A DNA stretch of 38,836 bases from Bacilli bacterium (lineage in GTDB: Bacteria > Bacillota_I > Bacilli_A > RF39 > UBA660). This document shows positions 1 to 9,531 of the stretch, one piece after another. The DNA is taken from NCBI GenBank assembly GCA_051893155.1, contig JBJFGY010000077.1, positions 1 through 38,836 on the forward strand, written 5' to 3'. A model generated the notes under the pieces. The model was given only the letters and a program-made list of their open reading frames with translations. It did not search any database and was not told the DNA's origin. Each line of letters opens with the position of its first letter. The stretch's first letter is position 1. Made by a program: the position numbers and the translations under genes.

Positions 1-42
1 AGATTAATAAAATAATAATTTTTAATTTTTTCATTATTATTA

Positions 43-72
43 GTATTCAAAATAAATTATAATTCATACAAT
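43..72 (+). promoter_or_regulatory. Putative sigma-E (mother-cell) promoter
   Basis: gtATT (43-47), 17 nt spacer, CATACAAT (65-72). Matches the sigma-E consensus ATa-N16-18-cATAcanT. Confidence 0.5.
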
Positions 73-88
73 ATATTAGGGTGAAAAT

Positions 89-349
89 ATGTATAATATG
101 ATTGATAAATATATGCAAAATATTACTAAAGATGATGTAGATAAATTTGCTAAAAGTAAAAATGTATTTTTAAATGAAAGTGAACTTAATTTTACCTATA
201 CTTTTATTAAAAAAAATTATAAAGATATGTTGAAAAATCCTAATTTATTTAAAATAGATAGATATAAAAATCATTATCAAGGTAATAATTTTGAAAAAAT
301 AAAAAAAGTATATATTGAATACTTTTCTAAATATCATAACTTTTTATAG
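89..349 (+). CDS. Small DUF2624/YqfT-like sporulation-associated protein
   Basis: 86-aa ORF convergent with nfo. Size and position resemble the nfo-neighbouring yqfT of Bacillus. Preceded by a GGGTG RBS and a CATACAAT element. Confidence 0.6.
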   Translation: MYNMIDKYMQNITKDDVDKFAKSKNVFLNESELNFTYTFIKKNYKDMLKNPNLFKIDRYKNHYQGNNFEKIKKVYIEYFSKYHNFL

Positions 350-1218
350 TAAGTGATAACATCTTCTTTTAAAGATGGATTAAATTTTTTATTTACTATT
401 TGCTCAATTTCAAATTTATAAGGTGGATATTCATCTATATAAGGTGTTTCTAATATTTTAGGAACATTTTTTAATTTATCATGATATATTACATTTATTA
501 TATTATCAAAACCTATTGTACCAAAGCCAATATTTTCATGACGATCTTTTTTACTTCCTAAAGCATTTTTACTATCATTTATATGCACACATTTAATTTT
601 ATTAATTCCAATTAATTTATCAAAATCATTTATATAATCATCAAAATATTTTAAATCTATACCTGAATCATTTAAATGACATGTATCAATACATACTCCT
701 ATTTTATCTTTAAAAATTACATTATCAAGTATTGTTTTAATTTCTAAAGTATTTATTCCACACTCAGTACCTTTACCAGCCATAGTTTCAATTAAAATAG
801 TTACTTTAGTATCATAATTAATAATATAATTTAATGCATCACTTATATTTTTTAAACATTCATTACGATCGCACTTTAAACAACTTCCTGGGTGAACAAC
901 CATATATTTTATGCCTAATTGTTCACATCTATTGATTTCATTTTTTAAAAAATTAATACTAAATTCCCACTTACTAATTATTTCTTTATTGGCAAGATTA
1001 ACTATATAGGGTGCATGACATATAACATTATTTATATCAATATTTTCTTTTTGCATAAGCTCTAAAGCAAGGGATGCATTATTTAAATCCAACTCTTTTC
1101 TAATAGTATTTTGTGGTGCTCCAGTATAAAACATAAATGTATTAGCACCATAACTTATTGCTTGCTTTGTGCATCCTAAAAGTCCATTATTAAAATTTAC
1201 ATGTGATCCTATTATCAT
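334..1218 (-). CDS. nfo: Endonuclease IV (AP endonuclease)
   Basis: IGSHV, HAPYIVNLAN, VVHPGS, ETMAGKG, CIDTCH, HINDSK, DRHENIG and ILETP motifs. Confidence 0.97.
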   Translation of the reverse strand: MIIGSHVNFNNGLLGCTKQAISYGANTFMFYTGAPQNTIRKELDLNNASLALELMQKENIDINNVICHAPYIVNLANKEIISKWEFSINFLKNEINRCEQLGIKYMVVHPGSCLKCDRNECLKNISDALNYIINYDTKVTILIETMAGKGTECGINTLEIKTILDNVIFKDKIGVCIDTCHLNDSGIDLKYFDDYINDFDKLIGINKIKCVHINDSKNALGSKKDRHENIGFGTIGFDNIINVIYHDKLKNVPKILETPYIDEYPPYKFEIEQIVNKKFNPSLKEDVITYYKKL

Positions 1219-1236
1219 TACTACCTCACTAAATAA

Positions 1237-1290
1237 AGTATATCAAAATAATAAAAAAAACTCAAATTATTTAACTTGAGTTTTTTATTT
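1237..1290 (-). terminator. Intrinsic terminator after the pilin gene, overlapping the nfo sigma-A promoter
   Basis: Inverted repeat AAAACTCAA...TTGAGTTTT with A/T tails. On the minus strand TTGAGT(1265-1260)-17-TATACT(1242-1237) with an extended TG. Confidence 0.7.
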
Positions 1291-1301
1291 AAACAAGAAT
1301 A

Positions 1302-1802
1302 TTATGGTTGAACTGTACAAGTTGTTCCAGTACATAAGATATTACCTGTTGCAAGCGTTCCACCACAGTTATTTGAAGCACTAGTAGCATCTGTAACATC
1401 AGTATCTAAATTAATTGCATTTGGGGCTTTTCCTGAAATAGCATATGTCTTATTAGAAATCCAAATTGAATATGTGTAATCTCCACCTGCATATGTTACT
1501 AATACTGAACCAGTATAATCTTGAGCAGAACCTTTTTCATAATATTTTTGACTATATAAATACTCTAAATCAAAACATACTGTGCTTGTTGCTTTAATAA
1601 CTGAAGTTGCATTTAATTGTTCTGCTTGAAAAGCAGTTTTTGCAGCATTTGAAAGTGCAATACCTTCGTTTTCTAAAGCTCCTTTCCTAGATTTTGCCAT
1701 TAATGGTCCAACAGCACTTACAGCAATAAGCATAACTACTGCTAAAATAACGATAACCGCTAAAAGTTCGATAAGTGTAAAACCTTTTTTATTGTTTCTC
1801 AT
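1302..1802 (-). CDS. Type IV pilin-like protein (class III signal peptide)
   Basis: KKG|FTLIELLAVIVILAVV prepilin cleavage/methylation motif with Glu5, and C-terminal cysteines. Upstream TTGCAA-17-TATTCT promoter (1854-1826). Confidence 0.9.
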   Translation of the reverse strand: MRNNKKGFTLIELLAVIVILAVVMLIAVSAVGPLMAKSRKGALENEGIALSNAAKTAFQAEQLNATSVIKATSTVCFDLEYLYSQKYYEKGSAQDYTGSVLVTYAGGDYTYSIWISNKTYAISGKAPNAINLDTDVTDATSASNNCGGTLATGNILCTGTTCTVQP

Positions 1803-1872
1803 ATTTCTCTATCCTTTCTAATTAAAGAATATCACAAAGATACTATTTTTGCAATAGAAATAATATTATATT

Positions 1873-2094
1873 TTACTTTATTGTGTCAATTATTGACGAT
1901 ATCATTTCAACGCCATCAATTGCACTACTTATTTTATCAGTTGTCCTTTCTTTATATATTTCTTTCATCTTTCGAGAAAATTCATTAAAATAATCAGGTG
2001 ACCGATTTAAATATTTTATATAATATGAATGATCTTTAAAATGATCAAATAATTTCTCATTTTCTTTAAATTTAATTAATATTTCTTTGTTCAT
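1873..2094 (-). CDS. ylbE: YlbE-like protein
   Basis: 73 aa with YLNRSP and Y..RTTDKI...IDGVEM motifs. Translationally coupled to the ylbD-like gene. Confidence 0.75.
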   Translation of the reverse strand: MNKEILIKFKENEKLFDHFKDHSYYIKYLNRSPDYFNEFSRKMKEIYKERTTDKISSAIDGVEMISSIIDTIK

Positions 2095-2444
2095 TAATCC
2101 TCAAAAAATTTATTAAGTGGCCTAGGGCTAACCCCCTTTTTAGGAGTACCTGGACTTGTTTTACTTGTAAGTTCTTGCACAAAATCTAAAGCTTTTTGAG
2201 CAGTTGAAATATGTTCTTTAATTGTATCCATATTAACATTTTTAATTAAATCATTTATTTTTCCAATACTACTACTGGTAGATTCAGAATTACTTTTAGT
2301 ATACTTATCCCATACTTTTTCATCACGATCATATATATCATAAAGTTCATAAAATTTTTGCCATGTCATTTGACCATTTTCAACAAATGATGCAAGATTG
2401 GGATTACTTTTAGCAAATTCTTTAAACTCATCTTTTTTACTCAT
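2094..2444 (-). CDS. ylbD: YlbD-like putative spore coat protein
   Basis: FKEFAKSNP.L...V..GQMTWQKFYE.Y.IY...VW..Y pattern and a C-terminal F.ED. Upstream CATATTAT (2467-2460) resembles a mother-cell -10. Confidence 0.8.
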   Translation of the reverse strand: MSKKDEFKEFAKSNPNLASFVENGQMTWQKFYELYDIYDRDEKVWDKYTKSNSESTSSSIGKINDLIKNVNMDTIKEHISTAQKALDFVQELTSKTSPGTPKKGVSPRPLNKFFED

Positions 2445-2493
2445 ATTTTCACCTATTAAATAATATGAAAAAAAAGTCCATAAATGAACTTTT

Positions 2494-4989
2494 TTAAATT
2501 TTAAAACTATCTACAAAACTATCAAAAGAAATTTGTTCTTGTTTTTCTTCATTTTTTTCTAGTTTTATTTCATTTTCCGCTAATTTTTCTTCTTTACCTT
2601 TAATAATTTCATATTTTTCTGTTACATTTAATACCTTTAAATTAGTATAATTACTACCAAAACTATTAGTATCCATAAGTTTTATATCACTATTTTTTAT
2701 TTCAATTACATCTGAATCAGTTTTAACAACATTTATTGATTTTGAATCAGTAATAAATGCCGAAATAGTTTTATAATCTTTAGTTTTATTTTTCTTAATT
2801 ATTTGACTACCTTTTTTATTTCTAGTAAATTTATTTAATTCATTAATTTTAACTCTTTTAGCGGTATTAAAATTAGTAAATATATTTAAATATTCTTTTG
2901 TTTCATCAACTTGATTTGAAGACACTACATAATCATTTGTTAAATTAATAGCTTTTACTCCTGATGCTTTTGCACCAACAACTGGAATTTCATCTGAAGA
3001 AAACATTAAATAATAATTATTATTTGTTACTATTAAAGTATCATTCTTATCTAATTTTACACTAACTAGTTCATCATTATTTTTAAGTTTAATTGCTGTC
3101 ATTGGTTTACTACATCTTGATACTTCATAATCCGACATAATTACTTTTTTTATCATACCATGTTTTGTTGTTAAAATTAAATAATTATCTTTATCATATA
3201 TATATGAATCAATTATTTTCTCTCCTTCTTCAAGCATTACAATATTATTTATATGTTTACCTAAGTCTTTCCATTTACATTCATTAATTTGATAAACCGG
3301 TATAAATAAATAATTTCCTAGTGTTGTAAATAATAATAAATGATTTCTTGTATTAACCTCAAAAATATTTTTAACATAATCTCCAGGTTTTAAAGTTGTT
3401 TCATCAGTTGCAGCTTTATATGATTTAATTGGAACTTTTTTTACATATCCATCATTTGTAATTACAATTACAACATTTTCTGATGGTATCATTTCTTTTA
3501 AATCAAATTTAATTTCAGTTATTTCATCTTTAATAACTGTTTTTCTAGGAATGCTATATTCTTTTTTAACATTTCTAAGTTCCGATTTCATAACATTTTT
3601 TAATTTATTTTCATCATTTAATATTTCATTACAATTATTAATTAATTCTTTTAATTCTTCTACTCTTTCTTTTAAGACAACAATATCAGTATTAGTTAAT
3701 CTATAAAGTTGTAAAGTTACAATTGCTTCAGCTTGTTCAATATTAAAATCAAAAGCACTAACTAAATTTTCTTTAGCATCAGATTTATTTTTACTTTGTC
3801 TTATAACCTTAATTACATCATCTAAAATAGATATTGCTTTCATAAGACCTGATACTATATTAAATTCTTTTTTATAAGTATTAAGTTCAAATGTAGTTCT
3901 TTTAGTTATAACTTCTTTATAAAATTCAACATATGCATCAAGTATTTCAAGTATTCCTAATGTTTTAGGAGTTCTATTTACTATTGCTACCATATTATAA
4001 TTATATGATATTTGAAGATCTGTATTTTTGAATAAATAATTTAAAATAAGTTCTTTATTAGCCCCATTTTTTAAATCAATTACGATTCTTTGACCATCAC
4101 GGTCTGTTTCATCTCTTACTTCACTAATACCTTCGATTTTTTTATCAATTCTTAAACTATCAATTTTAGCAACTAGCATAGCTTTATTTACTTCAAAAGG
4201 TATTTCATCAATAATAATTTGTTCTTTACCTTTTTCTTTATTAAATCTTGTTTTAGAACGAACAATTACTTTGCCTTTTCCAGTTTTAAAAGCACTTATT
4301 ATTCCATCTTTACCTTCCACTATACCACCAGTTGGAAAATCAGGACCTTTAACAATTTCTAATATTGATTCTAGTTTGCAGTTAGGACTTTCAATTCTTT
4401 TAATTGTCGCATCAATTATTTCTCCTAGATTATGGGGAGGAATATTGGTAGCATATCCTGCTGAAATACCATTTGCTCCATTTACTAAAAGATTAGGAAA
4501 TTTTGCTGGAAGTACTGTTGGTTCTAAAAAACGATCATCAAAATTAAGTGCCCATGACACAGTTTCTTTATCTAAATCTTTTAATAATTCACTACTTATT
4601 TTAGCAAGTTTTGCTTCAGTATAACGATATGCAGCAGCTGGATCACCATCAATTGAACCATTATTTCCGTGAATATCAATTAATACATGATTTTGTTTCC
4701 ACCATTGACTCATTCTAACCATAGCATCATAAACAGATGAGTCTCCATGTGGATGGAATTTTCCTAATACATCTCCAACTGTTGCAGCACATTTTATATA
4801 ACCTTTATCCCAAGTATTACCGGCTTTATACATTGCATAAAGTATTCTTCTTTGAACAGGTTTTAAACCATCTCTTACATCAGGTATTGCTCTATCTAAA
4901 ATAATTTCTTTAGCATATTTACCAAAACGATCACCCATTATTTCTTCAAGTGCATAATCTTGTATTCTTTTTAAAATCTCATTTTCCAT
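2494..4989 (-). CDS. parC: DNA topoisomerase IV subunit A
   Basis: LEEIMGDRFGKY N-terminus typical of Firmicute ParC, DGLKPVQRR, HPHGDSSVYDAMVRMSQ and catalytic AAYRYTE. No GyrA box seen. Confidence 0.93.
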   Translation of the reverse strand: MENEILKRIQDYALEEIMGDRFGKYAKEIILDRAIPDVRDGLKPVQRRILYAMYKAGNTWDKGYIKCAATVGDVLGKFHPHGDSSVYDAMVRMSQWWKQNHVLIDIHGNNGSIDGDPAAAYRYTEAKLAKISSELLKDLDKETVSWALNFDDRFLEPTVLPAKFPNLLVNGANGISAGYATNIPPHNLGEIIDATIKRIESPNCKLESILEIVKGPDFPTGGIVEGKDGIISAFKTGKGKVIVRSKTRFNKEKGKEQIIIDEIPFEVNKAMLVAKIDSLRIDKKIEGISEVRDETDRDGQRIVIDLKNGANKELILNYLFKNTDLQISYNYNMVAIVNRTPKTLGILEILDAYVEFYKEVITKRTTFELNTYKKEFNIVSGLMKAISILDDVIKVIRQSKNKSDAKENLVSAFDFNIEQAEAIVTLQLYRLTNTDIVVLKERVEELKELINNCNEILNDENKLKNVMKSELRNVKKEYSIPRKTVIKDEITEIKFDLKEMIPSENVVIVITNDGYVKKVPIKSYKAATDETTLKPGDYVKNIFEVNTRNHLLLFTTLGNYLFIPVYQINECKWKDLGKHINNIVMLEEGEKIIDSYIYDKDNYLILTTKHGMIKKVIMSDYEVSRCSKPMTAIKLKNNDELVSVKLDKNDTLIVTNNNYYLMFSSDEIPVVGAKASGVKAINLTNDYVVSSNQVDETKEYLNIFTNFNTAKRVKINELNKFTRNKKGSQIIKKNKTKDYKTISAFITDSKSINVVKTDSDVIEIKNSDIKLMDTNSFGSNYTNLKVLNVTEKYEIIKGKEEKLAENEIKLEKNEEKQEQISFDSFVDSFKI

Positions 4990-4992
4990 AAA

Positions 4993-6897
4993 TTATCCCC
5001 TATAATCATCTTCCATAGTAAATACTACATTTTCATTAATCCATTCTTTTCTAGGTTCAACTTTATCCCCCATTAAAACACTTACTCTTTTTTCCGCTAA
5101 AGCAGCATCATTAATATTTACTCTTATAAGCATTCTTGTATCAGGATTCATTGTAGTTTCCCAAAGTTGTTCTGGATTCATTTCACCAAGTCCTTTATAT
5201 CTTTGAATGGAATATTTTCCACTATTATTTCTTTTTATTTCATTAAGTTCATCATCAGTGTAAGCATAAAATCTTTTTTTACCATAATCAAGTTTATATA
5301 ATGGAGGCATGGCGATATAAAGATGACCCGTTTCAATAAGCGGTCTCATATAACGATAGAAAAATGTTAAAAGAAGTATTTGAATATGTGCTCCATCAAC
5401 ATCGGCATCAGTCATGATTATAACTTTATCATAATTTGATTCACTTACATCAAAACTTTGACCGACACCAGCTCCTATTGTATAAATTAATGTATTAATC
5501 TCTTCATTTTTAAATAGTTCTTCACTTGCTGCTTTATCGGCATTAATAACTTTTCCTCTTAATGGTAAAATAGCTTGAAATTTACGATCTCTTCCACCTT
5601 TAGCACTACCACCTGCTGAATTACCCTCAACTAAGAAAAGTTCATTAATCTTAGAATTTTTACTTTGTGCGGGAGCAAGTTTACCTGATAAGTTCTTTTC
5701 TATTTTACTTTTATTTTTACCATTTCTTGCTTCTTCTCTTGCTTTTCGAGCAGCTTCTCTTGCTGTTTTACTTTTCATTGCTTTATCAACTATATTTAAT
5801 GCAACTTCTTTATTTTCTTCTAAATAAAACTTAAGAGAGTCATATGTAATACTTTCTGTAATACTTCTTGCTTCAGGTGTACCAAGTTTACCTTTAGTTT
5901 GTCCTTCAAACTGAAGATGTTCTTCAGGTATTTTAAGACTAATTACCGCAGTAAGTCCTTCTCTTACATCAGCTCCATCTAAGGAATAATCTTTACCTTT
6001 AAAAAGATTATTATTTTTAGCATAATCATTAAATGCTTTAGTAATTCCAGTTTTAAAACCAACTTCATGAGAACCACCATCAATTGTTTTTACGTTATTT
6101 ACAAATGACAAAATATTTTCTTGATAAGTATCTGTATATTGAAGTGCAACACTAACTTCAATATCATTTTTAGTTCCACTATAACTTATAACTTTATGAA
6201 GTGGAGTTTTATCTTCATTAATATATTCAACAAAACTAGTTAAACCATTATCATAATGATATTTAACTTCTTTTTTATCTGCTTCATCAATTACTTCAAT
6301 AGTAAGACCAGGAAGTAAAAATGCACTTTCTTGCATTCTTTCACAAATTGTTGTATAGGAAAAATTTAAATTTTTAAATATTTCATCATCTGGTTTAAAT
6401 TTAACTATTGTTCCTGTTTTTTTACTTTCGCCAATAGTTCTTAAAGGATTTTTTACTTTACCACCATTTTCAAAATCTATTTCACTTATTTTGCCATCAC
6501 GATAAATTACAACTGTCATTTCTTTGCTTAATGCATTAACAACAGAAGCTCCTACACCATGAAGACCACCAGAAACTTTATAACCATCTTCAGTAAATTT
6601 ACCACCAGCATGAAGTATTGTATAAATTACTTCAGGTGTGCTTTTTCCTGAAGCATGCATTCCTATAGGTACACCTCGCCCATTATCTGCAACTGTAATT
6701 GAATTATCTTTATTAATAATAATTTTGATATAATTACCAAAACCATTTATAACTTCATCCATTGAATTATCAACAATTTCCCATACTAAATGATGAAGAC
6801 CTCTTTTATCAGTTGAACCGATATACATTCCCGGTCTTTTTCTTACTGCTTCTAAGCCTTCAAGTATTTTAATTGATGATTCATCATATTTTGCCAT
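4993..6897 (-). CDS. parE: DNA topoisomerase IV subunit B
   Basis: LEAVRKRPGMYIG, GGLHGVG, LVEGNSAGGSAK, MTDADVDG, QRYKGLGEM and the ParE-type ending LMGDKVEPRKEWI. TTGCCA-17-TATAAT promoter (6942-6914). Confidence 0.93.
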   Translation of the reverse strand: MAKYDESSIKILEGLEAVRKRPGMYIGSTDKRGLHHLVWEIVDNSMDEVINGFGNYIKIIINKDNSITVADNGRGVPIGMHASGKSTPEVIYTILHAGGKFTEDGYKVSGGLHGVGASVVNALSKEMTVVIYRDGKISEIDFENGGKVKNPLRTIGESKKTGTIVKFKPDDEIFKNLNFSYTTICERMQESAFLLPGLTIEVIDEADKKEVKYHYDNGLTSFVEYINEDKTPLHKVISYSGTKNDIEVSVALQYTDTYQENILSFVNNVKTIDGGSHEVGFKTGITKAFNDYAKNNNLFKGKDYSLDGADVREGLTAVISLKIPEEHLQFEGQTKGKLGTPEARSITESITYDSLKFYLEENKEVALNIVDKAMKSKTAREAARKAREEARNGKNKSKIEKNLSGKLAPAQSKNSKINELFLVEGNSAGGSAKGGRDRKFQAILPLRGKVINADKAASEELFKNEEINTLIYTIGAGVGQSFDVSESNYDKVIIMTDADVDGAHIQILLLTFFYRYMRPLIETGHLYIAMPPLYKLDYGKKRFYAYTDDELNEIKRNNSGKYSIQRYKGLGEMNPEQLWETTMNPDTRMLIRVNINDAALAEKRVSVLMGDKVEPRKEWINENVVFTMEDDYRG

Positions 6898-6996
6898 ACT
6901 ACCACCTTAAATTATTATAATGAAAAAAAGTATTTTTGGCAATGACACTTTACAAAAAATATCTTTTTTAAATGTAAAATAAAAAAGATGAATTTT

Positions 6997-8229
6997 TTAA
7001 ATAAATTTAAAATCATCTTTTTCTTCATCTTTTAAAATTGGTTCTTCTTTTAATTTAGGAAGTTCAATGCTCATAGTTTCATCATAATCTATATTTTTTT
7101 CTGCAACTTTATTTTCTACAACATTTTTATTTGGTACATATACTGAACTATAAATATTACTTACTACAGTAGTATTACTTTCCTTTTTTTCTTCTTTAAC
7201 TTTAGGTTCTTCTAAAATAGAATTTGGAATATTTATTTTATTATTATTTAAATTATTATTCTCAATATTAGTATTAATTTGACTAAATGTTTTTTGCTGT
7301 TTTTCAAGTTCAGTTAATTCTTTATCAATTGAAGAAGCAATATTTTGAAAACGATTTATAGCATCTTGACTAGAATTTCCTGCTTTACTACTTGCAGCTT
7401 TATATGAATCATCATCAATATTATTTTTTTGAATTATTTTCTGAGGATTAATACTATTAATTTCAACAACTTCTTTTTTTATTTCATTATTAGAATTTAT
7501 TGGCGTTTTTTCTACTACAGGCATTACGATATCTTTTGGCTTAACTGGCTTTATTTCACTTATATTAGATGTTAAATTATTACTCATAGTATTATTATTA
7601 GCATTTTGACTTATATTTACTTGTTTATTTTGAACTTGTGATGTTGGCATAATAATTTCATTTGGATTTTGAATAGTAGGTTTAACTTCATTAATACTTG
7701 TTACACTAGCTTTATTAATATTATTTTGAACAGGCGTACTAACTTTTGGTTGAGTTTCATTTTGTGCTATATTATTTGTAACTGGTTTTACCTCATTTAC
7801 AATAGGTGTTTGATTATTTTTCATTTCTTTTTCAGAATTTTGAATTGGATTTGTAGGCAAAACAGTATTATTTACACTATGCATTACATTATCTGGATTT
7901 AATTTTACTTCACTTGCTGCATTCATTACTGGAGATTGAGTAATAACACCAGCTTTTGAATTATTATTTGTTTCAACTACTGTATTTTGTTCTAAAGTAT
8001 TACTATTATCATTTTTAATAACTTCTGTTTGGTTATTTTCAATAGTATTTAATTTATTACCTTTTTGTAAATCTTCTTTATTAAGTCTTTGAGTCTCTTC
8101 AATCTTTTTTTGATCTTTCTTTCCTAAAAAGAATACAATAAAAAATGCAATAAGTAATACTATAATTATAATACCTAAATAAATAGGAAAATACTTATTT
8201 GCATATAAATTTACAATAAATTCTTTCAT
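6997..8229 (-). CDS. Single-pass membrane protein with a long low-complexity (N/Q/T/P/V/K) tail
   Basis: Likely start is ATG 8229 after a GAGGTG RBS. One hydrophobic helix followed by KK, then ~350 aa that look disordered. Confidence 0.75.
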   Translation of the reverse strand: MKEFIVNLYANKYFPIYLGIIIIVLLIAFFIVFFLGKKDQKKIEETQRLNKEDLQKGNKLNTIENNQTEVIKNDNSNTLEQNTVVETNNNSKAGVITQSPVMNAASEVKLNPDNVMHSVNNTVLPTNPIQNSEKEMKNNQTPIVNEVKPVTNNIAQNETQPKVSTPVQNNINKASVTSINEVKPTIQNPNEIIMPTSQVQNKQVNISQNANNNTMSNNLTSNISEIKPVKPKDIVMPVVEKTPINSNNEIKKEVVEINSINPQKIIQKNNIDDDSYKAASSKAGNSSQDAINRFQNIASSIDKELTELEKQQKTFSQINTNIENNNLNNNKINIPNSILEEPKVKEEKKESNTTVVSNIYSSVYVPNKNVVENKVAEKNIDYDETMSIELPKLKEEPILKDEEKDDFKFI

Positions 8230-8288
8230 AGTAAACACCTCTTTATTCTCTTTAATTTTAGCATGTAAATATTTAAAAAGCAAGTAAT

Positions 8289-9128
8289 CTAAACTAACAT
8301 TACACTTGGTATATACATATCTTTACTTTTTTTATAAATAGCAATTTCTTTATCATTATATGTTAAAATTAAATTTTCTTCATTACTATTTATAAATATA
8401 TGATTACCATTTTTTACTTTTTTATATTCTAAATCATTAAGATTATATATTTTATAGTCTAAAATATCTTTAGCTTTTAATAATTTAAATTTACCATTTT
8501 TAACTTCTTCAATTGTATATGAATTAGTTATATCAAACTTACCTTGTTTAGTTCTTATAAGACTTGACATAGTTCCAATTACATTTAAACTATCACAAAT
8601 ACTTTGGATTAAACTACGAATATAAGTTCCTTTTGAAACATTACATTTTATAGTTATTTCATCATTTTCAAAAGATATTAATTTTAAATCATATATCTCT
8701 ACTTCATTTGTAGGTAATTTTACACTTTCATTATTTCTTGCATATTCATAAAGTTTTTTACCATTAATTTTTTTGGCGGAATAAAGAGGAATAGTTTGTT
8801 TATATATACCAATAAATTCTTTTAATACTTCTTCAATTTTTTCTTTAGTGGTGCTACATTTTCTTTCTTCAATAACATTACCTGTAATATCTAAAGTATC
8901 AGTTTTTATACCTAATTTTATTTTAGCAATATACTCTTTTTCTAAACTAGTTAATATATTAACAAGTTTTGTATATTTATTAAGGCAAACCACTAAAACA
9001 CCAGTAGCAATTGGATCTAAAGTACCAGTATGGCCGATTTTTTTTGTATTAAATATATGACATAAACTATTTATCTCATCTCTACTAGTTTTACCAATTT
9101 CTTTATTAATTAGTATTATTCCATCCAT
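8289..9128 (-). CDS. truB: tRNA pseudouridine(55) synthase
   Basis: KIGHTGTLDPIATGVL and SKGTYIRSL motifs. Follows rbfA. Confidence 0.97.
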   Translation of the reverse strand: MDGIILINKEIGKTSRDEINSLCHIFNTKKIGHTGTLDPIATGVLVVCLNKYTKLVNILTSLEKEYIAKIKLGIKTDTLDITGNVIEERKCSTTKEKIEEVLKEFIGIYKQTIPLYSAKKINGKKLYEYARNNESVKLPTNEVEIYDLKLISFENDEITIKCNVSKGTYIRSLIQSICDSLNVIGTMSSLIRTKQGKFDITNSYTIEEVKNGKFKLLKAKDILDYKIYNLNDLEYKKVKNGNHIFINSNEENLILTYNDKEIAIYKKSKDMYIPSVMLV

Positions 9129-9168
9129 AAACTACCATCCTTAAAATTTATTCAAGTAAAAAAATAAT

Positions 9169-9531
9169 TTAATCTAAACTATCTTTATTATCATTTTCAT
9201 GTATTTTTTTTATAATATTCTCTATTTTATTACCATATTCAATACTTTCATCATATGTAAACTCTAAAAAAGGGATATTTCTTGCCTCAATAAGATTAGC
9301 AAGTTTACCTCTTATAAATGAACTAGCTTCATTTACCTCTTTTTCGATTTCTTTTTTACTTAATGGTGAAAGTGAAGTAAAATAAACTTTACAATAACTA
9401 AAATCTTTAGAAAGTTTACAACTTGTTATAGTAATAGTTTTAATTAATTCATCATGACATTCCCTTTGAATAATAAGTGGAATATATTTTTCAATATCGC
9501 TTTCTATTCTTTTTACATTTAAACTAGGCAC
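9169..9531 (-). CDS. rbfA: Ribosome-binding factor A
   Basis: ITIT...LSKD...CKVYFT and P.L.F.YDESIEYGNKIE motifs. Lies between infB and truB. Confidence 0.93.
   Translation of the reverse strand: MPSLNVKRIESDIEKYIPLIIQRECHDELIKTITITSCKLSKDFSYCKVYFTSLSPLSKKEIEKEVNEASSFIRGKLANLIEARNIPFLEFTYDESIEYGNKIENIIKKIHENDNKDSLD

Noticed and set aside
2494-6897. gyrA/gyrB assignment
   Set aside because: The N- and C-terminal signatures match Firmicute ParC/ParE, and no GyrA box was seen.
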